Shown in pieces: positions 50,975 to 64,000 of a stretch of DNA of 64,000 nt. Positions within the stretch are counted from its first letter, which is position 1. Every line of letters begins with the position of its first letter. The notes beneath the pieces were generated by a model that saw only the letters and a program-made list of their open reading frames with translations, was not told the origin of the DNA and ran no database searches. A program made the position numbers and the translations under genes. Source of the stretch: Octopus bimaculoides (taxonomy: Eukaryota); assembly GCF_001194135.2 (NCBI RefSeq), contig NC_068982.1, forward strand, positions 41,623,796-41,687,795, written 5' to 3'.

Positions 50975-51145
50975 GCAAGGCAACGAACTGGCAGAATTGC
51001 TAGCACGCCAGGCAAAATGCTTAGTAGCATTTCATCTGTCTTTACATTCTGAATTCAAACTTTGCCTTCCATCCTTATAATTACCAGTTGAACACTGGGG
51101 ATTGATGTAATTGAAATTGCTAGACTTATGCCAAAATTTGAAACC
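50975..51145 (+). mobile_element. SINE family A, decayed; another copy at 62085-62262
   Basis: Colinear with 3816-4025, with deletions and CpG loss. Confidence 0.75.
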
Positions 51146-51699
51146 TATATTTAACCAATGCATATTCAATATTGGATTCTTAAATAAATTTGAACGTATC
51201 TATTTCAAGATTTTTATTTTAACATTCTTCCTTAGTACTTTTTTTCTTCTTGAATTCCCCAAAACTAAGTTTACCATCAAGATTTAACGTACATGTATAT
51301 TTATCTTAATCAATATCCTGTAAATATATATATATAATATATATATATATATAGCGGATATTTTTACAGATTATTATGATAGGCAGCTTGATAATTCAAC
51401 CATCAGCTTGGCCAATAACTGATTGAATCCAAGAATGTTTCATCACCAATTCCATGTCCACTTTTCTATGCTTGCTTGTGTTTGACAGGGTTTTGTTGAG
51501 GCAGATTTTCTACCTTGTGGTAGTCAACCCTCACTTATTTCTAAGCAAGGTAACATATTTCCCCATTGCTTGACATGTTTTTGCAGAACAATAGATATGA
51601 TGCTGCTTGTATGACAGTGACACTCATTTACAGCTATCATATAATATCAAGGCAAGGAGACAAACATGCATGCACATTGTGTTTTTATGTTCAGTCAGT

Positions 51700-52740
51700 C
51701 AGTCATCTAGTGTTTTAAATCTGAGTTTTGTCCCCGTTAATGGGGGGTGGCCAGATCTACCTCAATGCCATAGCAACTGTCCTCACACCATCTTGCTCGG
51801 TTTTGGGCGTCCTCCTTTTTCAAACCAACCCTCCCAATCTCCTCCTCCACCTTCTTGGTCTACTTCACTCTCGTGCTCCATTTACCTCAAATGCAGTCCT
51901 CAGAACACGCACTTCCTCCCTCAACACATGCCCATACCACCTCGCTCTAATCACCCTTGCCAACCATTCCACAGATTCCTCCAACCCCAGCATCCCCATC
52001 AAATCATCAGTCCTCCTCTTATCAAACAGCTTCAACCAACACATTTCCCTCACCATTGCTCTCTCAGTCCTTCTCCAAATTACCATATCTCTCTCCCTCA
52101 GACACCATGTCTCACTCCCATACAGCATTGCAGCCCACAACTCTTATAGACCCTTCCTTTCATCTTTAATGAGAACCTTTTCCCATATAACAACGCCCCA
52201 CATTCACTGAACTTCACCCAGCCAAGTCTCGCTCTCACAGCTGCTTCACCCTATCTCCCAAATAACAAAACCCTCTCACCATTTCCACGGGTTCCACCAG
52301 CCCTCCAGCTCCTTTCTCACATCTTCCACAAACTCTCTCAATAGTCTTGGGATTACATTCATTATTTTCGTACATCTACCATGAGTCTATTTCTCACATC
52401 TTGTACACAACACTGCATCTGTCATTATCCTCCTCCCACATACACCACATGGATCCACCTTACTCACTAACACTTCTCCTTCCACCCTGCTTACCATCAC
52501 CTTTGTTTTCCTGAGGTTTACCTTCAAACGCATCCTTCCATTTCCAAAACTTCTCCCTCAATCCCTCCATCGTCTCACACATCAGAACAAGGTCATCCAC
52601 ATACAGCATCTCCATTATCAATCCTTCTCTTGCACCCTCTGTCACCACATCAACCACTATTGCAAACAACAACAGTGATAACACACATCCCTGATGCACA
52701 CCATCTTTCATCACAGACTTCTCCGAAATCTGATGGGTTA
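51700..52740 (-). mobile_element. 5'-truncated RTE-clade LINE reverse transcriptase pseudo-ORF
   Basis: GVHQGCVLSLLLF, MLYVDDLVL (YADD-type), AMLYGSETW, RWYGHVLR motifs; frameshifted. Confidence 0.9.
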
Positions 52741-52899
52741 CTCTATACTTTTTTGAATACAAATTTATTCATCTAAAACAAGAATGTTGTTAAAGCAACT
52801 TTGAAGTTTCAGCCAGTTAAGCTGTCATCCAATGATGGCTTAGCTGCTCAAAACTTTGAAATCTCTGACAACAACATTCTTGTTTAAAAAGAATATATG

Positions 52900-53030
52900 A
52901 CAGGCTTCTTTCAGTTTTTATCTACCAAATTCACTCACAAGGCTCTGGCAAGCCCTGTGTTATAGTAAAAGACACTTTCCCAAGTGTGCCATGCAGTAGG
53001 ACTGAACTCAGAACCATGTAGTTGGGAATG
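52900..53030 (-). mobile_element. SINE family B 5' half
   Basis: Reverse complement of the family B head to GGAAACTGAAAGAAGCC-like segment. Confidence 0.7.
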
Positions 53031-54159
53031 TTCATTTCACAATATTTAATCCACTTTTCCTATAGTTACATTGATTTTGTCTTTAATTTAATTACACACA
53101 TTTAAGTTAGCACTCAATGCAATTGGTTTTATTATAAATCTAGGTCGACATTAAGCATCTAAACTTTTAAACTAATCAACAAACAGTAATAACTAAATTC
53201 TAACGAAGCAAAACAGTGATTCCGTCCCCCCCCACCTACTTGAAAAAGTTGACTGAATTTCATGAGACCTCTTATGATTGAAGTGGTAAAATGGTAAAGG
53301 CAATTATTTTGCCAGTTCAATCCATACCAATGTGAAAAAATAGACATGATGATGGTAATGATTAGTGTAAAGAGTTTTTTGTGCATCTAACCTATTTGTC
53401 ATCCATCTAACAAATGATTTAAAGCCATTTTCAAATTTGAAGGCTATTTGTTGGAAAGCACAAGGCTCAGTGGAGAGCCAGGAGAGAAGAGTTAAGTTCA
53501 TTATTTTCTATAGAGTCTAGCAGTGTTAAGTCACAGTTGTATTTTTTAATATTGTGCACTTTTATCAAATGATGGAATACATGTACTTGAAAATCACTCT
53601 TCATGAACAACTCTCGTTATGTACCTAGCTATGCATTTCTTCTGCAATTAACTAACCTTTCTCACCAATATCATTCCAGCTTACCCTCTTCTTCAGGAGC
53701 CAAAATAAGTTATGGTAAAACAAGAAAATGTCTTGTCTAAAGTTACAACACAGTTGTTGCAAGCATCTGACCTGCACTTGACTGGATATTCCGTAAATAA
53801 TTGTTGTCATATCATATCTTTAAATATCTAAGATGTGATTTAATACTTGTTTGACTAATCCTCAAACAGGTTTGTTCTTTCTCTCTCTTTTAAATCTATA
53901 GTTTTTGTAATTACTATGAAGGAGACAGTATGACAATAGAGTATGAAACTAAATGTTGTCCCCTATTTATTCACATTTTATAATTGGTGAATCACAGGCT
54001 CCCAATGGGCCAACTTCTGTTTTATGATACATCAGATGACAAAAGCGACAACAGAGTGGTTAGGACTCAATGCAGAAAAAAGACTTCAAAGGACTTTCAA
54101 TCAAAAAGTAGCAGTTTTCAATCTTTTACTGTTGTATATTAGCAAAGAATATATATAGG

Positions 54160-54670
54160 TATGGTTGTGTAAGAAGCTTGCTTCCCAACCACATGGTTCC
54201 AAGTTTAGTCCCAATATATGACACCTTGGGCAAGTGTCTTCTATTATAGCCTTGGGCCGACCAAAGTCTTGTGAGTAGATTTGGGAGATGGAAACTGAAA
54301 GAAGCCCATCATATATATAAATATATATGTTTGCATGTCTATGTTTGTCCCCACACCATCACTTGACAACTAATGCTGGTGTGTTTACGTCCCTGCAGCT
54401 TAGTGGATCGGCAAAAGAGACCGATAAAATAAGTACTAGGCTTACAAAGGAAAAGTCCTGGGGTCGATTTGTTCGACTAAAGGCGATGCAGAATTGTTAG
54501 CACATTGGACAATATGTTTAGTGGGATTTTTTCTCTACATTTGGAGTTCAAATTCTGTTAAAACTACCTTTCATCCTTTTGTGGTTGATGAATTACTGGG
54601 CTTTAAGTAATCGACTTGCCCCTCTCCTCAAAACAGCTGACCTTGTGCCAAAATTAGGAAGAATTATTAT
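54160..54670 (+). mobile_element. SINE family B (54160-54480) joined directly to a SINE family A copy (54481-54670)
   Basis: Family B runs to TTCGACTAAAGGCG, then family A continues ATGCAGAATTGTTAGCAC...GAATTATTATT. Confidence 0.75.
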
Positions 54671-55397
54671 TTAATGTAACTGAAATCTAGTTAGCCATAA
54701 TACACATTCTTCAAAGCAAAGGTATTTAAAATGCAGCCTGGAAGTCAAACATTCTCCTTAGAATTCATTTTATGAATATTTCACAATTCTAAGTATACAC
54801 TTGACAACACAGATTTAAACAAAGCACGTTAATGTCTGAATCACTGACTTTTTTCATGGAGAAATAAGATACTCAAAACACACAAAACAAACTCATGTAC
54901 AGTAAGTACTTCTTAAAACATTATCTTAGAGCAGCCTCTAGCATCAGTAAAATTATATATTTCATATATCCAAGTAATGAATGATTAATAATATGTTTTT
55001 TAATCATTACAACAATGTAAGCACAAATGCTTTGTAAATCCTATTAAAAAAAAATATATCAGTTAACATTCTCAAGTTTTCTCTATTTCAAAAAGAGAAT
55101 TAGAGAAGGCTCAAGTAAAATATTCTTCAATAATTATACTAAAATATGTTGTAAGAATTAGAAAATATTAGAATTCCAAAAGAATATTGTAGAAAAATCT
55201 AAGCTTTACTATGGGTTTGGTCATGCAACATGACATATAAGTCGGCAATGATAACACACACACACACACAAAAAAAAAAAGTTACGATATTGCTTGCAAA
55301 TTTAGATTTGGCATTTTGGCTTGTCACAAATAAATGAAAAAGCAGGAAACAATCCAGAAACTAGTATTGATGTTACTGTTATATTTAAATGCATACT

Positions 55398-55661
<264 letters not shown>

Positions 55662-58600
55662 CATGCATACATACATATTATACTGCCAACCAGCTGGATT
55701 CGGTTAAACCGCTTAACTCATGCCAACATAGAAAGTAGAAGTATGGTGATACATCTTGTCATCAAAACAATGACAAACCAAGAAATCTAATATGGCATAA
55801 TCTGCAAACAAGTAATAAATTACATCTATTTTTGAAATAGTTTCTTCTGAATTAATAAGAATAAATTTCAAAATAATTATACTTTTCTTTATTATTCTCC
55901 ACCAGTCAAGTTATTAATCTCTTCAAGATATTACCAGAGATTTTCAGTAGCTTAAAGCCAAGCTTCTAAAAAGTTTAAAATTGTTAATCCTGTGCTCATT
56001 CAAGTCCATTCAAGTTAATTCGTCTTTCTAATCGAGTTGTTCAGTATAATAATGAAGCAAGTAAAATGGTATAAATCCTTCAAGCTGAAGCCTTCACTTT
56101 CCTGTCACACATCGACTCTCATTGCAGAGACTTAATGAATGAGCAAGTCGTTGACGGAGACTTGAGCCCCTGGCATACAGCTAGCTGCAACAGATGGATG
56201 ATAAGAGTGCATTATGTCACAGTAGCACCCCCTACAATTCTATTGATAGTTGAGTGGTCAAACTTATCTTCAGGTAACATCAATACTATTTAAATCAACT
56301 ATTATCAGTGAAAAAATATGCAGTACGACTATAAAAAAAACTTTTATAACTAAAAATCAAATATTAGGATTGTTAAGTGAACTGTTAGGAATAAGAAAGA
56401 CTCTTGTTGACATTAACTATCAATAGTATGTAGGAAAAGCAGTGAAGATTAACATATTGCCTGTTATATTTAGTAAGAAAACATTTTGATTGTCGTTTTC
56501 AAGGTCTTTTTTTAAGTGGTTGTAAAGTTTTAGCTAAACTAGTTCATAAGATTGAATCTGCTCACCCCAGTTCCACCCCTACCAGCAGACTGAAACCATT
56601 CAGCTAAGAAGTATTTATCTATTAAAAGATATTTACCTTTCTTTTCATTAAAAAAAAAAACACTTTCCAGAATTGTAGGCATTTAGAATAGTGCATCTTT
56701 TGGTATTTTAGCCTTAATCACAATCAGAACAAAGGCTTACTGATTCATTTTGCATTAGCAGAATACATTAACGTATTGTTAAAATACAATAAATCTTGCC
56801 AAAGATAATAAATGTGATGAAATTTTTAATTCTTTCTAGCATTAATACAAAGGAAGAAAATCTGAATTTCAGAAAAAAAAAATTTTCCCCACAGTAATGT
56901 CAGCATTAGAACTTTCTATAAAAATTATATATGCCTATAATTTAATTTAAAACAATTACAACTAACACAATTAGGCTTAGGGAATTAAAAAAAAAAAGGG
57001 CAAAAATTATGACTATATGTATAGTACATATTCAGAACGGTCTTATTATATATCAAATACTGCTTAGCGACAAATTAGATTGTTGGTATGCTACATTTCA
57101 AATTAGCATTAAAAAAATGTAAATAAGGTAAAAATAACTGGTGAAGTTTTCGTGAAGAGCACTTCTCTTTAGTCCTTTAGTCTAAGAGAACCTCAGATCT
57201 TTCTTAGACTTAGTGAAGTGGGGTGATGCAGTTAAGTTATAGTACAACAGAGTTGAATTTGTAATGGAAAGAGGTTGAGTTAGCTAGCTCTAACACTTAA
57301 GTATAGTATACACTTTCTGACCCTTTAAATAACAAAATGAATTTTTGAATAAATTTTTTTTACTTCGTAATTTTTTTTAGCAAATTAGGTCCTGAGCTTT
57401 CCAGAGATTTTTTTTCTTATTGCTGGAGATGGTGATACAAAAATGAAATAAAATAAGCATTACTTGTATAAAATGCCAACATGTTAGACTTAAGAAGAAA
57501 AAAAAAAAAAAAACGAAGCTACATAATCTTAATTCAACGTCCAGACAATTTGTTAAACTTCACACGTAATACAGAAAAACCTTCAAATATACAAGTAGAC
57601 ACACAAGAACCAGACAATGGAGAAAGCTTCATTCATCCGGAAAAATTGTTGTCTTAAATTACTCATTATCTTTCATGTCAAATACACATTTAGAATCATA
57701 CATTTTAAGATCCCAATTAAAAGTACTGGAAACTTATCTTTTAAATGGATATTTCGTATTAAATGCTATCTAGTTCCAATACTCTATTTCTATTACTGAC
57801 ACCTTTAGAAGCGCATGAACATCATAAACTCCCACCCTCATATTTATACAGTTTGCGTGCGTGTAAGAAATCTATATTAATAACGTTTCAAACTGATTAA
57901 TAATAATAATGTTGATTACACCCCCACTTGCACACTTTAAACAAAAGACACTTCTTGAGAGGGAGGAGAGACAATTGACTAACGTGTTTTATATTACAAG
58001 ACAATTTTATTGGTTCTGCAGGGACTAGAGATAAAATAGAAAGAGAATAATTAAAATTTAATCCTGTACTTCCCCGCTTGGAAGATATCGTTATAAACTG
58101 GATTAAAATAAAATCAAAATACTTTTTTCTTCGGTACGCTCGAAGAACATAACTACATTAAATGAATAGAATAGTGAGCCTTGCTTACAACAGGCAAGAC
58201 ATTAAAATTACAAAATTATGGCCAAGACACGTCCAGAAACATAGTTATGTTGAGGACACATTCCAATGCATTAAACCTCAGCCACATCGATATCAAGACG
58301 AGACATCTATTCAATCAGAACATGAATCACTGCAGTGATTTAATTTTTCCCCCCCTTTTTTTTTCGTGGTGATTAAATAAAAGAAAGAAGAGCGTTAAAA
58401 AAAAAAAAAAACAATTATCTATGAGTTCAAGATAGGTTTTTATTTTAAATCGCTTAACAAAAACAATTAAAGAAGTCAACTTTTTGAAATTTGCATTTAA
58501 ATACTTTTTAACAAGCCATTGAACACCATCGATTTTAAATAATCGATATAACTTTCCTTTGATCACCGATCATAATTATTATTATTATTATTTTATTTTT

Positions 58601-59308
58601 GAAAATTAAAAATTTCAAAAAACATTGCATTTAGATATGTCAGTTACCTTCGGTAATCAATTTCACTTATTTTCTACGTGGTCAGTTTCAAGTCCACTCA
58701 GCTAATTTCATACCTCAATTAGCATACATACATTACAAAAATATTTTTAGATGTGCTGTATGCATTAGGAAAAATGAGATAAGAAAAATAAATAAAATGC
58801 AATTGATTCATTACTTTTTTCAAATTTGATCTTAAACTAAATCTATGTACTATAATAAAAGAAATATCTGATCTGATGATAATAATAATTAGACTGATAA
58901 TAAAGGTTTACATCAGAAAGGTAGCATGAAGAATGACGAGAGAGGAGCGGAACAGAATAGTCAACCTTTTAACAATACAAAACGACAGCAACTAAGTTGG
59001 AGGAAACACAAAGTGAGGCAGATAGCATTTAATAAGTCCTGATAATTATAACGAAAGAAAGAACAGACATCTCCATACACCTAAGATTCGTGCGTCATGG
59101 TGTGAGGGAGATGACGGGGAAAGCCTTCCACCGATGTCTGCCCACAAAAAAAGACAAAAAAATCAGAGGAAACGGGGGAATTTGAAGATTGTTAAATCAG
59201 AATCAGGGAACTAATTCATATATTTTAAATATGTTAGTGTATAACCACAGTAACACACAGGGAATTTTAAGATTGATTTTTTTCCTCATCTCACTAATTC
59301 TACCTTAC

Positions 59309-59360
59309 CTGCTTGCATGTGGTTGAAACAAGACTATGGCGGACAGCATTTACTTAAAAG
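59309..59360 (-). promoter_or_regulatory. Candidate alternative non-coding 5' exon
   Basis: CCGCCAT YY1-like core followed by donor CAG|GTAAGG at 59308. Confidence 0.35.
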
Positions 59361-59682
59361 TTCTTGTAACACACTACAAATTCTAGGTAAAACTGAACAA
59401 ATAAAAGTTCTTAAAAAACTAACGGAATGATAAACGAACTCAAGATTTATTTTCTAGTTTGATTTTTTTTCTTCCCCACCTACTCAACATAGCTAATTCC
59501 CTAACATAAACTTACTCCAGTTTTTAATCATGCATATTAAAAAACCGAGCCCGGCATCACAAGTAACCAAAACAAACGCATAGATTATTTCGAGAAGAAA
59601 ATGAAAACGCAAGCAATTTCCATAAGCATCTTCATAATAGTAACCAAAATAAAATTTAAAAATGTATAATTGCTTAGCTTAC

Positions 59683-59820
59683 CTTTGGCTCTATTAAGTG
59701 GTATAACTGAGAGTGCCAAACGAGTAAGACGACGCAAAGAGCGACCTCATACACTCACCTAGCAATAAGAAGAAAGATGGCCGATGTATCATCTTCCTCC
59801 TCCTCCACCTCCAACCGACT
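59683..59820 (-). promoter_or_regulatory. Putative distal promoter / non-coding first exon of the Pep-like gene with two alternative donors (59759 and 59683)
   Basis: CpG-containing region; YY1-like CGGCCATCTT on the minus strand (59774-59783); consensus donors TAG|GTGAGT and AAG|GTAAGC. TSS position is approximate. Confidence 0.55.
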
Positions 59821-60973
59821 TAATCTTTTATTTCAGTTTTTAAGTTCAGTTCTACATTTATAATTTAAAATAATCTGATGTATTTTTAGAAGCAATATTA
59901 ACGTACGCTTCGCTTTCTGAATTCAATTGATAAGTGAAATACAGTATATTTGACATCAAAATTATCAGTGAAACTACGAAAATGGGGATTTGTTAAGAAA
60001 CTGTTTCGTTTCGTTTGTCGAGCTGACGCGTTACTCTGATTTACATTTCTTATCAATTTTCTTTGTAGCGTTCTCTTTCTTTGATTTTTTTTTTCTTCAT
60101 ATTTATATTGAAAATGCATTAAGAAAAAAGACTAAACCACATCATTTATATCAACTGTTTATGTTCACGTAAACAATTTTATTTTTTATTTATTCTCCAA
60201 CACATTAGATATTTAAAATTATGTTAAACCCCCTTTTCCATAATATTTTAAAGAACTAAAAAAATTAATTTGCATAAAATAAAAATCTATAGTTTCATGA
60301 GGAAAAAAAAACATCAAGATAAAGTTGTTTATTTCCAACAGAATAAACTACATATATGGCTACTACTATTCACAAAACGAAAGCTCTTAATATATTTTAG
60401 TTGGACCAGAGTAACTGCTTCAAATTCGCCCTTGAAAAAAAAAACCACTGTCTTTTACTATTTCTCAACTTCCCCAACCCCTACCTCTTTCACTCCTCCT
60501 CACTATCTCATATTTCAACATAACCCAGAAAAAAGGAAAAGGATGAAGAAAATGGAAGTAAAAGAGGAATAGCCAAAGGAATTGTTCATTATATTTGGGG
60601 GAGGGGTTAAATGCTTATTACCAAATTCCAGTGACATTTCAAATACCTTTATTTTTTTTATACTTTGCACTAACTCTAGACAAGTAGTACCCCGTTACAG
60701 ATATATAGTTCACTGATGTAAATGTCTAGGGATAACAGTTGATATACATGAAACACACACACACACACACATAAGAACTGTGATAATCCCATTTGCAACT
60801 ATGATTAAATTTCCCTTATCTCTATTGTGTTAATTAGTAAGCTGAAACCCAACTAGAAGTTCATAAAGATACAAATTATTATTAATTTGTGTGTTATTTC
60901 TAAATGTAATACTGGTTTGGCATTTACTATTCAAGCTTCTATTTTATTAATGGAATTTATAATGAAGAGTAAT

Positions 60974-61280
60974 ACACACACACACACACAAATATATATA
61001 TGTAGAGATATGTACATTGTATATATGTATGTGTGTATGTATGTATATANNNNNNNNNNNNNNNNNNNNNNNNNNNNNNNNNNNNNNNNNNNNNNNNNNN
61101 NNNNNNNNNNNNNNNNNNNNNNNNNNNNNNNNNNNNNNNNNNNNNNNNNNNNNNNNNNATATATATATATATATATGATACAGTGTACATATATAGACAT
61201 ATATATACACACACATATACACATATATGTACATTATATATAACACACACACACACAATATATGTATGGATATGTGTGTG

Positions 61281-61337
<57 letters not shown>

Positions 61338-61422
61338 ATATATGTATGTATGTATGTATATATATGTATGTATGTATGTATGTATATGTATGTATGTATG
61401 TATATGTATGTATGTATGTATA
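60974..61422. repeat. Compound (CA)/(TA)/(TATG) microsatellite containing a 109-N gap
   Basis: Seen directly. Confidence 0.95.
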
Positions 61423-63144
61423 GAGTCTTAGCTGTGATGTACAGAAATAATAATGAAGAAAGATGTTTTGCCAAAATTCTGACGACTTTGTTTTCTCAAT
61501 ATTTATATATTCATTGTAATATTTGGGGAGGGTCATATTTTTTGTCTAATTAACCACATGCACTATATACTAGTTCTTCACTTCAGCTTTATCTTCATTC
61601 CTATTTTAGTGTCCTGTAGTTTAAATCTTTCATCACATATCCTGTGACCACTTCAGTAACTCTCCATTCCACGCATCTCCTTTTGTTCTGTTAATGGAAT
61701 AAACAATTGGTAATAGGAAGGGCATCTGGCCATAGAAAATCTGCTTTAATAAAATCCATCTGACCCATGTAAGCATGGAAAAGTGGACATTAAAATGATC
61801 ATTATATATAACATATATATACACATATATGTATATCTTTTTTTTTCCTATGCTTACATAGGTTAGAAAATATATGATATATGAAATGGTGATATTATCT
61901 GACATGTAAGAACAGGCTCTACTTTCATTATTTACTGCAGTAGAATAGTAGATAGGAGAGTGATAAAGGGATAAATGATATGAAGAAGAGCTGTGAGGAT
62001 AAGGCTGCTAGAGTTTAGGAAAGAGTGAGAGATGGATTTGAAAAATGACGATAGGGATGATAGTAAAAATGGTAGTTGATATGAGCAGTGAGCTAGATTT
62101 GATAGCATGCTGGGAAAAATGCTTAGCAGTATTTCATCTGTCCTTGTGGCAAAGTCAACCACGGAGGTTGATTTTGCCCTTTATCCTTTTGACTGGGGTT
62201 GATAATAATCGACTTACCCCTTCTCCCTAAAATGCTGGCCTTGTGGCAAAATTTGAAACCAGTATAAGTTGTGTGACAATGATGGTAAGAATGACAGATG
62301 GATGTCTATAGGAAGTGATTCAAGGTAGAGACCCCATTGATTGAGTAGAGAGATTAGATGAGGGACTTAGTTGAGTGCATTTAGTGTGCATACATAATTT
62401 CAAACCCTCAGTTATACCTCACTAGCATTGCTGAATGGGTCTTCTCAAGCTCATGTATTTATACATACATACACCTATACACACACACATTCAATTGCAG
62501 GATTCGTCAGAATCTAAACATTTGTGTAAGATGTTGGGAAAGGTCGGGTACTGGGCTTGCAGTATTCAGTTGTTGTTAGTTGGCTGTATTCTGCAAGTAT
62601 GTATATACATGTCTACATATCAATCCAGTTGTAAGTTCAGGTAGACAAATGTATGTATACATATATATAGGTGCCCAATCTAAATACAAACAATAGATCT
62701 GGCCTCAGGATGGTTCTAAGTATAGCACATGTATAAAAGAAGAACACAAGTGGACTTTGAGATTCATAACGACAGTTTCAGCAGTATTTTATTGAATATT
62801 TCAATCAAACCATGACAAAAAGCTACTATCTTCAGGTAGACAAACAGATAGATAGGTGGAAAATTTAAGTTGACAATATCAGACAAGATTTTATCTGATA
62901 TGTTATCTACATTGATCTGGGTGGATACTCCTCTTCTTTCATATCATCTTATTTTCTCTTTTATTATATGATCTTCCTAAATCCTCACTAAGGATATAAA
63001 GTAAGATAGTGACCTAAGAAATTTAATGGCTTTTGAACTTTGCCCTTACGGGTCTTACTAGCAGTCTTATAAATTCTACAGTTCCTCTGATAACTTCATT
63101 TGTTTTCGCCATGTAACTTGGTGAACTGGTCAACTTAAATTCTC

Positions 63145-63171
63145 CATCTATCTATCTATCTAGCTAGCTCC

Positions 63172-63202
<31 letters not shown>

Positions 63203-63223
63203 GCTAGCTAGCTAGCTAGCTAC

Positions 63224-63266
<43 letters not shown>

Positions 63267-63267
63267 G
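63145..63267. repeat. (ATCT)n/(AGCT)n tetranucleotide microsatellite
   Basis: Seen directly. Confidence 0.95.
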
Positions 63268-63879
63268 TTGTTTGTCTAAAATCACCTGAAGATAATGAAT
63301 TTTTGTCATGATGTAATCAAAGTGTTCATTAATATAATACTGCTGAAAGAGCTGTTGTGAATTTTAAACTCCACTTGTGCTTTTGTATGTAATGAATGAT
63401 GCATAAGGAGTGGGGTGGGATGACCAATGATGATGGATGTGATGTGTTGCAGAATAACAATGATGGTTCGGTAGACAGGGGAAAGGTGAGAGACAGAAAG
63501 GCAAGTAGTTGTGTGGGTTATAAGAGTGTGTGGGTGGGAGAGAAAGGCAGGCATAGTGCATGGAGAGAGTGAGATACATCTGATGGTGGAAAAGGTGAGA
63601 TGAATTAGTGATTTGGGACTGAGGGGGTGGGGTCAATGTAAAACGTGGGAAGAGAGGACATTATTAAGAATAAAGGAGGGATATCAAGTGAAATGGTCCT
63701 AGTTTGTGAGAAAGATTAGTGGTATCAAAGAAAAAAATGCAGTTAGAGAGATGGAGAGTGATGGAATGTCTTAGGAACGAAATAAGCAAAATGCCTACTT
63801 GTGCATACACACACACACACACACACACACAACACTTCCAGAACTTAATTTCACTCAGCTGGGTAGGTCTTCTCATGAG

Positions 63880-64000
63880 CTGCATATTACCAATCATCTC
63901 AGCTCCTTATCATCTACTCGAGGTTCAAAGTTCTGAGGTCGCCTTCATCACTTTATCCCATATCTTCCTGGGTCTCCTCCCCCACAAGCTCTGTCCACAT
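63880..64000 (-). mobile_element. RTE LINE C-terminal remnant running off the window edge
   Basis: GR.RPRKIWDKVMK motif on the minus strand. Confidence 0.5.

Noticed and set aside
59777-59863. Plus-strand AAGATGGCCG start with ORF MADVSSSSSST..
   Set aside because: Stops after 28 codons with no donor; better explained as a YY1-like motif of the minus-strand first exon.

Overview
AT-rich, microsatellite-rich eukaryotic DNA. The repeat content resembles an Octopus (cephalopod) genome, but this assignment is inferred from recalled repeat families and was not searched. Two convergent protein-coding genes can be assembled by hand with phase-consistent GT-AG splicing. (1) A two-exon + strand DHHC palmitoyltransferase, ZDHHC24-like (CDS 2661-3001 + 9334-9844, 283 aa). 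(2) An 11-coding-exon minus strand Pep/CIZ1-like nuclear protein (CDS 50293 down into the N-gap at 19120) with a Gly/Met/Asn-rich prion-like N-terminus, three matrin/U1-type C2H2 zinc fingers and an acidic tail. It has candidate alternative non-coding first exons at about 58.6-59.8 kb and a roughly 4.7 kb repeat-poor 3' region ending near 13.95 kb. Introns hold tRNA-headed SINE families, RTE and CR1/Jockey-like LINE remnants, a DD37D (maT) and a mariner transposon remnant, TTAA-flanked piggyBac-like MITEs and Penelope-like fragments. Four assembly gaps are present (5716-5725, 18632-19120, 50008-50017, 61050-61158). The most striking unexplained structure is a ~220-nt branched hairpin (75-bp core helix) just downstream of the zinc-finger gene's last coding exon. 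Other leads: a two-acceptor exon with two open frames, a consensus AG|GTGAGT site in the putative 3'UTR, and a 40-bp palindrome plus hammerhead-like remnant in a Penelope-like repeat. No CRISPR array, rRNA or bona fide tRNA gene was seen.
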